Below, one piece after another: positions 52,120-64,000 of a DNA stretch of 64,000 nucleotides. How positions within the stretch are numbered: position 1 is the first letter of the stretch; the number at the start of each line of letters is the position of its first letter. The translations under genes were made by a program, and so were the position numbers. Origin of the DNA: Chiloscyllium plagiosum (taxonomy: Eukaryota); assembly GCF_004010195.1 (NCBI RefSeq), contig NC_057718.1:59106838-59170837 (forward strand), in the 5' to 3' direction. The notes below the pieces were generated by a model. That model was not told the origin of the DNA and did not search any database. It saw nothing but the letters and a program-made list of their open reading frames with translations.

Positions 52120-52390
52120 TTAGATTAGATTACCTATAGTGTGGACCCTCCGAAGAGAAAGCCACCCCCCTATATTTACCCCTGACTAATCCACCTAACA
52201 CTATGGCAATTTAGCATGGCCAATTCACCTAACCTGCACATCTTTGGACTGTGGGAGGAAACCGGAACACCCGGAGGAAACCCATGCAGATACGGGGAGA
52301 ATGTGCAAACTCCAAACTGACAGTTGCCCGAGGCGGGAATTGAACCCGGGTCCTTGGCACTGTGAGGCAGCAGTGCTAACCACTGAACCA
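52120..52390 (-). mobile_element. HE1-type V-SINE
   Basis: Same head, V-domain and tail as the 47515 copy. Confidence 0.92.
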
Positions 52391-52410
52391 CTGGTCTATT
52401 TTTATATCAT

Positions 52411-52760
52411 TAGAATCATAGAATCATATAGCACAGAAACAGACCCTTTGGTCCAACCAATCAATGCATACCATTATCCCAAACTAAACTAGCCCACCTA
52501 TCTGCGCTTGGCCCATATAACTCCAAACATTTCTTGTTCATGTACTTATACAAATGCCTTTTAAACATTGTAACTGTAATCACATCCATCTCTTCTTTTG
52601 GATGTTCATAATACATGTGAAACACACTTTATGCAACAATATTGCCTCATGTCTTTTTAAAATCTTTCTCTTCTCACCTTGAAAATATGCTCTCTACTTT
52701 TGAAATTACCCCAACCTAAGGAAAAGACATCGGCCATTCACCTTATCTATATCCGTCATG
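52411..52760 (-). mobile_element. CR1 LINE 3' fragment
   Basis: (tagaatca)n tail and cttggcccatat motif. Confidence 0.8.
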
Positions 52761-53250
52761 ACATTCTACACAATTAGAGCAAGACTTTTATTCCAGTCTA
52801 CATTATGCAACAGAAAAAAGTGATTCATATTTTATATTTTCAAACCTGCCACAAGGGCACATAGAACTCCACCTGTCATCTCTAGAAAATAAAGCTACAG
52901 ACATTACCAGAGTCTTCAAAAAGTCATATTCTAACCCAAGTACGTTTTCTCGAATTACCTTAATTGATCTTACAGCTTAGTGATAGTAAGACTTTCTGAA
53001 TATGAAAAAGTGGGGTATGCTTTTATGTTCAATGCTTCTAGCAAACAAAACTCTAACAAGAATGCAAAAGTTGAAAACTTAGTTGCATTGGTTTTGTTTT
53101 TGTTCTTACTAAGCTGAGGGATTGACAGATGGCATTTTGGGGAAGTTAGACACTCGTCTGTACCCTGTGTCAGATCAGTTGTAGCAAAGGATAAAATAGA
53201 AGCAAATCATCCCTTATTTTAGACAATAATCTACTTTGAATTGAACCACG

Positions 53251-53338
53251 TTATTGGGATGATCTTGTCTCTCCATGATTGTAAATGTTATTTCCTGAAG
53301 ACGTTTACAATCATGGAGAGACAAGATCATCCCAATAA
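53251..53338. repeat. Near-perfect inverted repeat: 38-bp arms, 12-nt loop
   Basis: ttattgggatgatcttgtctctccatgattgtaaatgt / acgtttacaatcatggagagacaagatcatcccaataa. Confidence 0.97.
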
Positions 53339-55259
53339 ATTACTGTTTCTCAAACCAGATCTCAAAAGCAAACATTTAGTATTCAAATTCATGATACTAC
53401 CTTGTATATCTTCTTTTGTGCTCTGAAATTTTATTCTACGATCTCATTTCAGAGTTGATGCACAGAAAGGACTTTGTTGTAATAGAGATATACTAGGGTT
53501 AGTTTAATACTAGTCATAGCAAGAATGAAGTAGTTCTGACAAATATACAAAATAATTGAAATCAATTCAAATAGTTAACAGATCTGAGTTATAGTCATAG
53601 TCCTAATAAATTTCCTGCTTGTTATTTGTTTGGAAAACAGAACGGATCCAATGATAAACCAAACAACTACTTAATTTACTACAGTATTTCCCAAAAGACC
53701 AAGTAAAATTCCATTTTTTGCACCATCAACCATCCGTGTATATTCCTCTGTTAATATATTTCTGTGCATTGTAAATTAAGTCATTGTCAAACTGGTCTGC
53801 AAATATCAATACTGCAATTTTTCAGATAAATCTCTCCTGTTGGTTCAAGTTACACTAGATGAAAGCCAAGGTTTGTCTTTGAATGAGCTAATTTATGACT
53901 GCACTATAACAGATACAGAAAACAAACCAAAATCAGCACCATCTGTGCAGAGATGTTTTTAACAATATTCATCCATTAGTCAGTCAAGACAAATTTGTGA
54001 GCAACTTATTTGATATTCGGAGACCTGGATGGTCTAAAGTTAATATTTCAATCCAGTGTTATTACAAAAACAAAAAACTCTTTAAGGATGTAGTAACTAT
54101 GATATTGATATAGGCACCCAAAACATTTCAAGGGTTTGGAATGGACAGAATGTATATGGAATCCGAAACAAGTCCTTGGGTAAATGTGGATTTTGCTGAA
54201 GTTCGCTTAAAAAACTCAAATTGAATATTATTGAAGTTCAAACATCAATTTCCAAACTAATTTTGCAAATAATCAGATTACTGATATTTCTTCCCCCACA
54301 CCCCCCACATTTAGATACTTTCTCCTTTTTAAAAATATCACAACCGTTGTGATTTTGAATACCTAAATTATATGTCCCCTTCATCTCTTGACTCCTAAGG
54401 AGAACAACTCAAGGCCTCTTCACAAAACTGATACCTTTCAACCCCAGTACCACAGCAGTAAATCTCTGCACCCTCTTTTAGCTCTGGATGTGCTGTGTGT
54501 TTGTGAACTGGACAACACAGATTGAAGGTGAGAGACATATGTGTCAGAGGTAATAGGACGGACAAGAAAAATAATGCAGTGAGTTGTTACGATCTGAAAT
54601 GGTAGTGAAATCAGATTCAATAACAGCTTAGAAAAGGAAATGGGATAAATCCTTGAAAGTATTTTTTCCCCCCCAAGGCTGGAAAAGTAGCAGGGTAATG
54701 GAATTAATAGTATAACTCCAAAGAACTGGCTTAGTTACATTTAAGCAAATAGTCTTTTATTTTACACTGCAGCATTTTATGACAATGGAATGAACTATGT
54801 GTTCTACCCCAAAGTATTTCAGAACTGGAAATTTACTTTGGATTTAAAAGATTCCAGAACAATTTAGCACCAAGTTCAACAGTGGCTTTCGGTGCAAGAA
54901 TTACAGTATGGGGCAAGAAAATCCCATCCAAAAATATTGATTTATGCAGTGTCTTTATTTCTCATTAGGACCCCCATGTTCATGAGGGGTCGAAACCTCA
55001 CTAGAACAGCATCCTGGAAAAAAAAACTACAATTGTTTACAATACTCATGCTGGACTAGTAATAGAGATATACAGTTAATGAGCTGGAGTCCACATTTGA
55101 GTCCCAGCAGAGCAGGTCAGTAAAATCTGTAATTAAAAATCTAATGATAACTGTCAAACCATTGTTGATGGTTGTGAAAACACATCCGATTCACTAATGC
55201 CTTTTAGGGAAGGAAAACCGCTATCCAGACCTACACATGACCCGAGACCCAAAGAAACG

Positions 55260-55635
55260 TAGAATCATAAAACTCCTACAGTGTGGAAGCAGGCCAATTG
55301 GCCCATCAAGTCCACACTGACCCTCCGAAGGGTAATCGACCTGCAACCCCCCTCCACCCCCACCCCCAAAGACTATTTCTATAACCCTGCATTTCCCGTA
55401 GCTCATCCACCTTGACTGCACATCCCTGGACACTGTTGATAATTTAGCATGGCTAATCCTCCTAACCTGGACATCTTTGGACTTGTGAGAGGAAACCAGA
55501 GCACCTGGAGGAAACCCATGCAGGCAAGAAAAGAATGTGTAATCTCCTCACAGATAATGGCTTCAGGTGGAATTGAACCTGGGTCCCTGGTGCTGTGATG
55601 ATACAGTGCTAACCACAGAACCACCGCACCACCCT
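55260..55635 (-). mobile_element. HE1-type V-SINE
   Basis: V-domain, head and CR1-like tail on the minus strand. Confidence 0.85.
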
Positions 55636-55729
55636 TATTTGCTTAACTCTCTCATTAAAAAAATGAAACTGAAAAATGTCAAACTGGCATGAACCTAAGC
55701 TTGGAAATTACGACAGTAAATAGCCCTAA

Positions 55730-56780
55730 TGACCCTGCCGCAGCCTCCTTCCTAACATCTGGAGGCTGGAGCCAAAATTGGGAGAGCTGTCTCACAAACT
55801 AGACAACTCCTGACCTCATTACAGCTTTGGGTCAAACTTGGACAAAGGAACTGAATTCCTTTGAGGTGAGGGGAGAGTGACAGCCCTTTACATCAAGGCA
55901 GCAAGTGTGACATCAAGGAGCCCGAGCAAAACTGGAATCAATGGGTTTCAGGGGGTAAACTGTCCAGTGGTTGGAGTCATTCCTGGCATATTGGATGACA
56001 GTAGTGGCTATTGGAGGTCAGTTATCTCGGCTGCAGGACTTCGTCAGGGTAGTTTCTTCATCCCAACCATCTTCAGCTGCTTCAACAATGACCTTCCCTC
56101 CATCATAAGGTCAGAAGTTGGGATGTTTACCAATGACTGCATAATGTTCAGCACCAGTTGTGACTTCTCAGATACTGAAGCAAAGAAACAAGACCTGAAT
56201 GTTAAAACTCAACTAGACTCATGGACTCATCACATAAACACAGTGACTACAGAAGCAGGTCAGAGGCGAGGGATACTGTGGCAAGTAACTCCACTCCTGA
56301 CTCTCCGTAGTCTGTCCATCATCTACAAGGCACAAGTCAGGAGTTGATGCAATAGCTCCACTGATCTGAATGGGTGCAACTCCAGCAACAATCAAAAAGC
56401 TTGACACCATTCAGGACAAAACCACCTGCTTGATTGATACCACACCACAATCACCCTTTCCCTCCACCACCAACAAGGTGCACTGCAGAAATTCACCAAA
56501 GATCCTCAAAGAGCATCTTCTAAACACAACCATTTCTATCTGGAAGGACAAAGGCAACAAATACATGGGAACACACCACATACTAGTTCCCCTCTAAGTC
56601 ACTTATCATCCTGACTTAGAAATATATCACCATTCCCCCACTGTTGCTGGGTCAGAATCCTGGAATTCCCTCCATAATGGCATTGTGGATCAACCCAGAA
56701 AGCACGGACTGCAATAGTTCAAGAAGGCAGCGCACCATCACCTTCTCAAGGGTAACTAAGGACAAGCAACAAATGCTATG
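55730..56780 (+). mobile_element. Decayed CR1/L2-group LINE
   Basis: FSCFNNDLPSIIRSEVGMFTNDC and IKKLDTIQDKT. Confidence 0.85.
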
Positions 56781-57780
56781 AATTATTAAAATATAAAGAT
56801 TTGTAGTAAATTTGTCAGGCATGGTATCCCATTCATGAAACCATGCTGACTCAATGCTTTGCCATTACAATCTTTATAACAGACTCGAACATTTTTCCAA
56901 TAACTGATGCTAATCTAACTAGCTTATAGTTTTTTTGTCTCTTTCCCTTTGAGACAAAGGTGTGCTACATTAGCAGTTTTCAATCCTCTGGGACTTTTTC
57001 AGAACCTAAGGTTTCTTGGAAGATTACTACCAGTGTATCCTCTATCTCTGCAGTTACTTCTTTTAAATCCTAGTTAGCATCTCATCAGGTCCAGGGGACA
57101 AATCACTCTTTAGCCCCATTAATTTTTTCCGCTGTTTTTCCTCCAGCGATAGGCATTCTATTTAATTCCTCATCCTTTTTTCCTTGATCATTCAGTATTT
57201 TGGAATGCTAAGTCTTCTATTTTGAAGATTGATACAAGTGATCTGCCATTTCCCAGTTCCCCAGTATTATTTCCTCTGCCTCATTCTCTAAGAGGCTTAT
57301 GTTAACCTTCGCCTCTCTCTTGCTTTTTATGAGTTTAAACCAGTTCTTGATGTCAGTCTTAATATTACTTGCAAGTTTACTCTCAAAGTTTGTCTTCCTC
57401 TTTATTGGTTACCTTCCCTTGGTTTTTAAAACTTTCTCAATTCTGACCTTGCATTAGTCTTTGTCACATTATATGTTTTTGTCTTTCAATTTGATAGTTA
57501 ACCATTGCAGGAATACCTACACCAAATGGACTACAATGGTTCAAGGTGGCTAGTCATGACCATATTGTCAAGGGAACTCATTATGGACAATAAACATTGG
57601 CCCAACCAATGAAGCCCATAATGCACAAAATCTTTCTAATCTGGCCTACCACTACCTGATGCATGACACACTTGTGATGTGATAATATCTTGATTTTCCT
57701 CAGTAAACCATATTCTGATAGAATCTTGCTTTAAATCCTAGTAGGCATCCGATCAGATCCAGGGGACAAATCAATCTTTG

Positions 57781-58264
57781 GACAATAGACAATAGGTGCA
57801 GGAGTAGGCCATTCTGTCCTTCGAGCCTGCACCACCATTCAATATGATCATGGCTGATCATCCTTAATCAGTATCCTGTTCCTACCTTATCTCCATAACC
57901 CTCGATTCCACAATCCTTGAGAGCTCTATCCAACTCTTTCTTAAATGAATCCAGAGACTGGGCCTCCACTGTCCTCTGAGGCAGGGCATTCTACACAGCC
58001 ACCACTCTCTGGGTGAAGACGTTTCTCCTCATCTCTGTCCTAAATGGTCTACCCCATATTTGTAAGCTGTGTCCTCTGGTTCGGCACTCACCCATCAGCG
58101 GAAACATGTTTCCTGCCTCCAGAGTGTCCAATTCTTTAATAATCTTATATGTCTCAATCAGATCCCCTCTCAGTCTTCTAAACTCAAGGGTATACAAGCC
58201 CAGTCACTCCAGTCTTTCAGCGTAAGGTAGTTCCGCCATTCCAGGAATTGACCTCGTGAACCTA
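57781..58264 (-). mobile_element. Young CR1 LINE 3' end, truncated by the gap
   Basis: YTLEFRRLRGDLIETYKII..RRNVFTQRVV and a (gacaata)n tail. Confidence 0.92.
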
Positions 58265-58441
58265 NNNNNNNNNNNNNNNNNNNNNNNNNNNNNNNNNNNN
58301 NNNNNNNNNNNNNNNNNNNNNNNNNNNNNNNNNNNNNNNNNNNNNNNNNNNNNNNNNNNNNNNNNNNNNNNNNNNNNNNNNNNNNNNNNNNNNNNNNNNN
58401 NNNNNNNNNNNNNNNNNNNNNNNNNNNNNNNNNNNNNNNNN
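58265..58441. other. Assembly gap (N run)
   Basis: 177 N. Confidence 1.
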
Positions 58442-59090
58442 CAGATGCAGCAGGTAATCAGGAAGGCTAATTAATGGAATGTTTGTCCTTATTTCAAGGA
58501 GATTGGAGTATAAGAATAGCAAAGTCTTACTGCAACTACACAAGGTGCTGGTGAGACCACATTTGGAATACTGTGAGCAGTTTCGGTGGATTCTTGATCA
58601 TTAGGGGAAATCAAATGTTACAAAGAAAATACAAGAGAGTGGACCTGAGGAATGGTGGATCAGTCATGATCTGACTAAATGGCAGATCAGGCTCAAGAGC
58701 CCAAATGGCCTACTCCTGTTCCTATTTCTTCTGGTTTATGGTCTGAGAAGTGCACCCCAATATTACTGAAAAACCAGAACTCAAAAAAAATAGTGCAACT
58801 TAAAACAACCACCCTTGCTTGAGGAAAAAGTACAAGCAAAACGAATGGGACTGAAGGCTGACAAACCTCCACAACTTGATGGATTACATTATAAAGGTCA
58901 TTTAAAACAAAACTGGCTGCACAGGTAGTGGATGCATTAGCTGCAATCCTTAAAATTCCCTAGATTTTGGAATGGTCCCAGCAGTGTGGAAAACTGTAAG
59001 ATCCTTATTCAAGAAACAGATAGAAAGCAGGAAAATTTAGGCCAACTATCAGCATAACATCTATCATTGGAAAAATGCTAGAATGCTTTG
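58442..59090 (+). mobile_element. CR1 LINE fragments
   Basis: QQVIRKAN..LQLHKVLVRPHLEYCEQF, followed by further RT-upstream remnants. Confidence 0.8.
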
Positions 59091-59107
59091 GCCTGGATAT
59101 TGCTCCC

Positions 59108-59392
59108 TAACCACCTGACGAAGGAGCAGGGCTCGAAAAGCTAGCGCTTCCAAATAAACTTGTTGGACTATCACCTGGTGTTGTATGATTTTTAACTTTG
59201 TCCACCCCATCCCAACACCGGCACCTTCAAATAATCACTCTCAATGCATTCTCTATGGTAATGCCTCTACCAATCATTGTCCACTTATCAAACAATAAGC
59301 ACTGTCCTCTAATAAGCACAAATGATGGTTTTCCCTTAACTAGTATTCTTGTAAAATGTCCTGATGAGTGGAGGGTAAAAAGCTTCAATGAG
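59108..59392 (+). mobile_element. Two adjacent PLE terminal-repeat fragments with hammerhead-like cores (59115-59143 and 59361-59386)
   Basis: ctgacga-aggagcagggctc-gaaaagcta (same family as 41589) and ctgatga-gtggagggt-aaaaagcttc (decayed). Confidence 0.65.
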
Positions 59393-61259
59393 TACAGTTC
59401 TATAGTACCAAACTGCTATAACTATTCTTATGTTTACACCTTGTAAAATGCACTATTGTCTTAAAATGCAACTTTTCTTTGTGTGTGTGTGTCTGTGTGT
59501 GTCTGTGTGCATGAGTGCTGGAACATTCAGAATTTCAGTTGATGAGTGAAGAAATAATCCTTTTTATTTAAACCCATGAAAGCTTATGATGATCATACTT
59601 ATTCCAGGGGCTAAAAGACATAGAATACATTTTCTTTTTTAAAATCACAGACCGTAAGGGAAAAGTACAATGGTTTTGGTTCTCTTTCAATTCTGTCTGT
59701 AACAATTACTTTTTCTTTCAATTTGCATTGAAATTAAACATCTTTATTCTAAACAGAAAAGGCCTATACAGTGTATACTAAGATCTTCTGTAAAAAGCCA
59801 AATGCCTGAGCGAAATGAAAAATCCTCCCTGCAACTCTAATAAGAACTAATGTATTTAGGAATTAGATTAAAATTCCAGTCTGTCACACCCATCATCCAT
59901 TGACCTTTGCTTTCCTGCATTCCCAATCTATTAAGAAACTTGATGGAACATAATATATTCTCACTTCCTCTTTACCATAGCCTTGTTACCTTTGGCTACA
60001 TGCAACAAAGTGAACCGAGGTATTCAAAACATATAGGCACATAGGTAAAACATAAAATCCCCTGTGTACAAGCAACAATTTATGAGGCAAAACCATCTCA
60101 ACTACTTCAGACCCCAACATCTTCCAATTTGATTGAGTCTACTATTACAAATTAGTTAATTGAGCAAATATATATGTTGCACCAAAACACAACCTTATTC
60201 AAAATGGAACTAATTTCTCCCATCTTTCCTTTGTTTACCTCCTAACCAGCATATAAATAAAACCTAAAAGATGCAAGAGCCTATATGTTGTTATTAGGAT
60301 AGATGAATGTAAAAACAGTTAATATTGTCACCTGCAGAGGCTATATGTGTATTGAAATCCAGGAGGCAGAGTCCCTCTGCTTATGATACTTTCCTAATAA
60401 GTACCTGTTTTGTGAGTTGTGCAGTGCAATTGGTTTTGAATCTGGCAGAAAGGCTACAGGACCATTGACCCACCCTTGTGTGCTATTCCTGCACACAAGA
60501 TACAGTGAGCAAAATGGCAACACAGTGCCACTGGGAAGAACATGGCGAAGACCTGAACCATACACAAAAAAAGAGAAGCAAATTTAAAACTACAGTTGCA
60601 TTACTGAATTGCCCAATGGTTTTGAGAGATTGCTTTTTTTTTTAACAAGTCAGGACTGAGCAGAAAGAACGGAATTATGCTTTTCAAACTGATCAATAGG
60701 ATAAACAAGCAAACAAAAATAAACATAGCCATTGGAAAAGAGGGACTCCATAATGTCAACATTTTGGGCCTGTCTGAGAAGGATCACAAGGACCTGCTGA
60801 GGAACATGTTGGAGGATCAGTTTTAGATAAAAGGTGAACTTCAGAATACACCAATTCAAGCTAATGGTTTATAGGCGATCAAAAGAATCAATCAATCAAT
60901 TAATCAGGAGGTTCTGTGACAAGAACTCTGAATTTCCAATTTTCAGTTATCTAATTGGACAATAGACATTGCCATAGCTTCAACGAAAGTCTAAGCTTTC
61001 CAAAATGATACTTTTCAGATGAAATGTCAGTATATGAACACATTGCTTGTCAAAAGGTGGCAGAAAATTTAAAGCCATTATAGCTGAATGATGATACCTG
61101 AAAGTGCTGGGTGCAGGTAGCAGTATTGACACTCAGTCATGAAGCAGAGACCAAACAAACGGTGTGTGAGTGCAGCCTCCCACATTCCCTAAGAAGCTGT
61201 CTTTTAAAACCTGTGTAAAGACTAAGCGCAAAGAAAATTGAGCTCACCACTGCAGGAAA

Positions 61260-62420
61260 TCAGGCAAAGTCAGCCTGGTTCTGTGAAAGAGAAAATCATA
61301 CTTAACCAATTTGTTGGAATTCTTTGAGAAAGTAACATATGCAGTGACTGAAAGGAAGCAGTGGAAACTCTGCACTTGGATTTCCAGAAGGCATTTGGCA
61401 AAGTGTCCTATCAAAGATTATTGAGGAAAACAAAAGCTCGGTTTGGGGCAATATTGATATGGATAGAACATAGGCTAGCTAACTGGAAATGGACTGCAGG
61501 TATAAATGGTTCGTTTTCTAGCTGACAAGCTGTAACAAGTGATGCAGGCTTCACCATTTTACAAATCATACAAATGACTTGGATGAAGGGATGGAACATA
61601 TGGTTGCTGAATTTGCTGATAACACAAAGGTAAGAAAATAAGTTGTGAGGAGGGCATAAAGAGATGACAAAAAGATATAGATAGGTTAAGATTTGACAGA
61701 TGGTGTATGATGTGGGAAAATGTGACATTGTCCAATTCAATAGGAATTATAAAAAGCATATTGTCGGAATGGTGAGATATTGCAGAATGCACGTTGTGAT
61801 TCAACATAGTATGATTCATGCATCTGAAACCTAGATCCTCTGCAAGTAATTAGGGAAACTAATAGATTCTGTCATTTATTGTGAAGGCAATTAAATACAG
61901 AATAAGGGAGGTTATGCTTCAGTTATACAGGGCTTGGTGAGATCACACATGAAGTACAATGTATAGTATTAGCATCCATATTTAATGCAGTTCAGAGAGG
62001 ATTTGCCAGACTCATGGCTTGAACAGATGGATAATCTTATGAGGAATGGTTGAATAATCTAAGCTTGTATCCACTGGAGTTTAGAAAGTAAGAGGTAACT
62101 TGTTTCAAACAATTAAGATCCTGAGAGTCTTGAAAGGGTAGATGTTTCCTAGAACTTAGAGGTCAATGTTTAAAAGTCAGGCTTTCTCCATTTATGACAA
62201 AGATGAGGAATATTTTTTTTTACTTAGGTCATGAGTCTTTGGAACTCTCTTCCTCACAAAGTGGTGTTTGCAGAGCCATTAAATATTTTTAAAGGCAGAA
62301 GTAGATAGATTTTTGATTACCAAAAAGGTTATTCTGGGTATTTGGGAATGTGGAGTAACGGATCAGCCATGATCTTACAGAAAAGCAGAGCAGGTTCAGG
62401 AGCCAACTGGTCTACTTCAT
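61260..62420 (+). mobile_element. Decayed CR1 LINE RT/3' region
   Basis: ttggatttccagaaggcatttg (LDFQKAF), gaatttgctgat (EFAD) and a CR1-like 3' UTR. Confidence 0.85.
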
Positions 62421-63394
62421 ACATACACTAGTAGTAAGGTAGAACCAAAAGGTTACAGTTAGACATGACCAAGCAGCAAGTATGTGCAGCACACCAGAGG
62501 CAACATTAAACAAAGCACATGCATGAGGTTAATGGCAACACAGGCCTCAGTCAAGATTCACAGTAGAGAATTCTCCAACTAGAAAGAGAATATTTTCTAC
62601 CTCATGAGTATGACATAATGCATGTGTGAAGTTAAATAGTTATAGGTATCAGACACCAAAAGAAAATAGTGATGCACACTTGCCAAAGTTAACACAAAGT
62701 GTGCACTCCAAATTTCATCTAAAGTTCATCACAAGCAAATGAGAGTCAAAGCCAACATGAAGACAATCAGGTGTCTGATAATGCACACGATGCAAGTACA
62801 CCGACAAAGCAAGAGCACCGAAGTAGTAGATCCAAATCACAGGAAGGTGATACTATCAGAAAGTCAGGAGGATGACTAAGCCACTTATACGCAGTATAAA
62901 CTTCTAAATTCTTAAAATGATGAACACAAATCTATCCTTTGTGTAAGTAATTGCATTAACATCCTGTGTATGTATATTGACTCTCAAGGAAAGCCATGTT
63001 ACCTTTTGAAAAAAATGTTGCTATTGGACTCGAAGAAAATGTGAAAAAGATGTCTACATATCATTGAGGAACCAGGATGTAAATCAGCATATGACTAGCA
63101 GACTGTGTCCTGCTGTTCATATTGCTGTTGGTCGATGTGTGTGTTGAATCCCAAAACTAGACCTGTTTGTTCCTGTAATGTGTCTATAAATTAATTCTAA
63201 TCTTCAACTAAAGAGAACCCTGCAGCCAAACTAGAAAGAAGCAACTTTTATTTTGCAAATAGTTCATTTAATTAAAGTTTTTAAGGGGTGATTTCTGACA
63301 AATATTGTAGTCGCTAAGGAGAGGATTCAAAGCTGGATCACCTGATTAGTTTTCACTTAATGGAGGATACCACTATACCAGCTGAGTTGGAAGT

Positions 63395-64000
63395 CAGTGG
63401 TGGCAACAGCTGCCCAGAGGCTTGTGAGACCCACTTAAAATACTGGGGCCAGTGTTCTTAAAGAGTTGGACCAGAATACGGTTGACATGCTTCGATTCTA
63501 AGTGCTCATTCACTTTGTTCTTACTTAGAGGTTGCCAACCCCTATAGCATGCATTGCTTTTTAGCATAGAGGGAGAGGTGGGCAGTTTGTTATGGTTCAG
63601 AGCATTGAACAGATATGGGGGTGGACATGTCACTGTGTTTGAGAGTAAACATCTACAGATGGTGGATTTCAAGTACCACTTAAAGGGATACTCACCACTT
63701 ACAGGTAGAATCACAGTTGGAGTCTACAAGGTCCAATGTGCCATCATGAGCAAACATTTCTACTTCTGATTTACAATGGAGCGATGGTCAATAGTGCAGC
63801 ACCTGAAGTTGGCAGGACCTTGGGCACTCCCCTGAAAACCTCCTGTTGTGATGTCCTGGAATTGAGATGACTAGCCTCCAAAATCTTTTATTGTGCCTGG
63901 TATGAACTCAAGCAGGGAAGGGTTTGCTACTCCCAACACCTAGTAAAACTTCAATTTTCTTTGGGCTTTCGATGCCATGCTCAGACAATGCTGTCATGAT
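63395..64000 (-). mobile_element. Decayed LINE fragment (same family as 2362 and 37490)
   Basis: Shares gaagttggcaggacc..actccc..gtgatgtcctgg and gggctttcgatgccatgctc motifs with the 3200-3480 region. Confidence 0.55.

Noticed and set aside
54970..54996. gacccc..ggggtc-gaaac as a hammerhead
   Set aside because: No upstream CUGANGA core.
57781..58745. Inverted CR1 pair as a real 5' inversion
   Set aside because: Orientation flips across an N gap and the two sides differ in divergence and tail, so it cannot be distinguished from separate insertions or a scaffolding join.

Overview
Vertebrate genomic DNA. The HE1-type V-SINEs, CR1 LINEs and Penelope repeats point to an elasmobranch, probably a shark. 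The + strand carries the last nine coding exons of FANCL (Fanconi anaemia E3 ubiquitin ligase), equivalent to human exons 6-14, from 1936 to the stop at 43328. All have GT-AG boundaries and consistent phases. Directly downstream and tail-to-tail on the - strand lies a terminal exon encoding a C-terminal transmembrane anchor. It is most likely VRK2 and contains a 3 x 29-aa tandem repeat. The poly(A) signals of the two genes cross each other. Introns are full of decayed CR1, RTE, Rex1, Penelope-like, Harbinger and pogo elements and SINEs. The most notable observations are: minimal hammerhead-ribozyme cores in Penelope terminal repeats, including a TSD-flanked palindromic mini-element with a hammerhead core on each strand; a perfect 221-bp duplication around a CpG-rich insert; a 38-bp-stem orphan hairpin; and short templated local copies. 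There are two N gaps. TE boundaries are approximate and no database searches were run.
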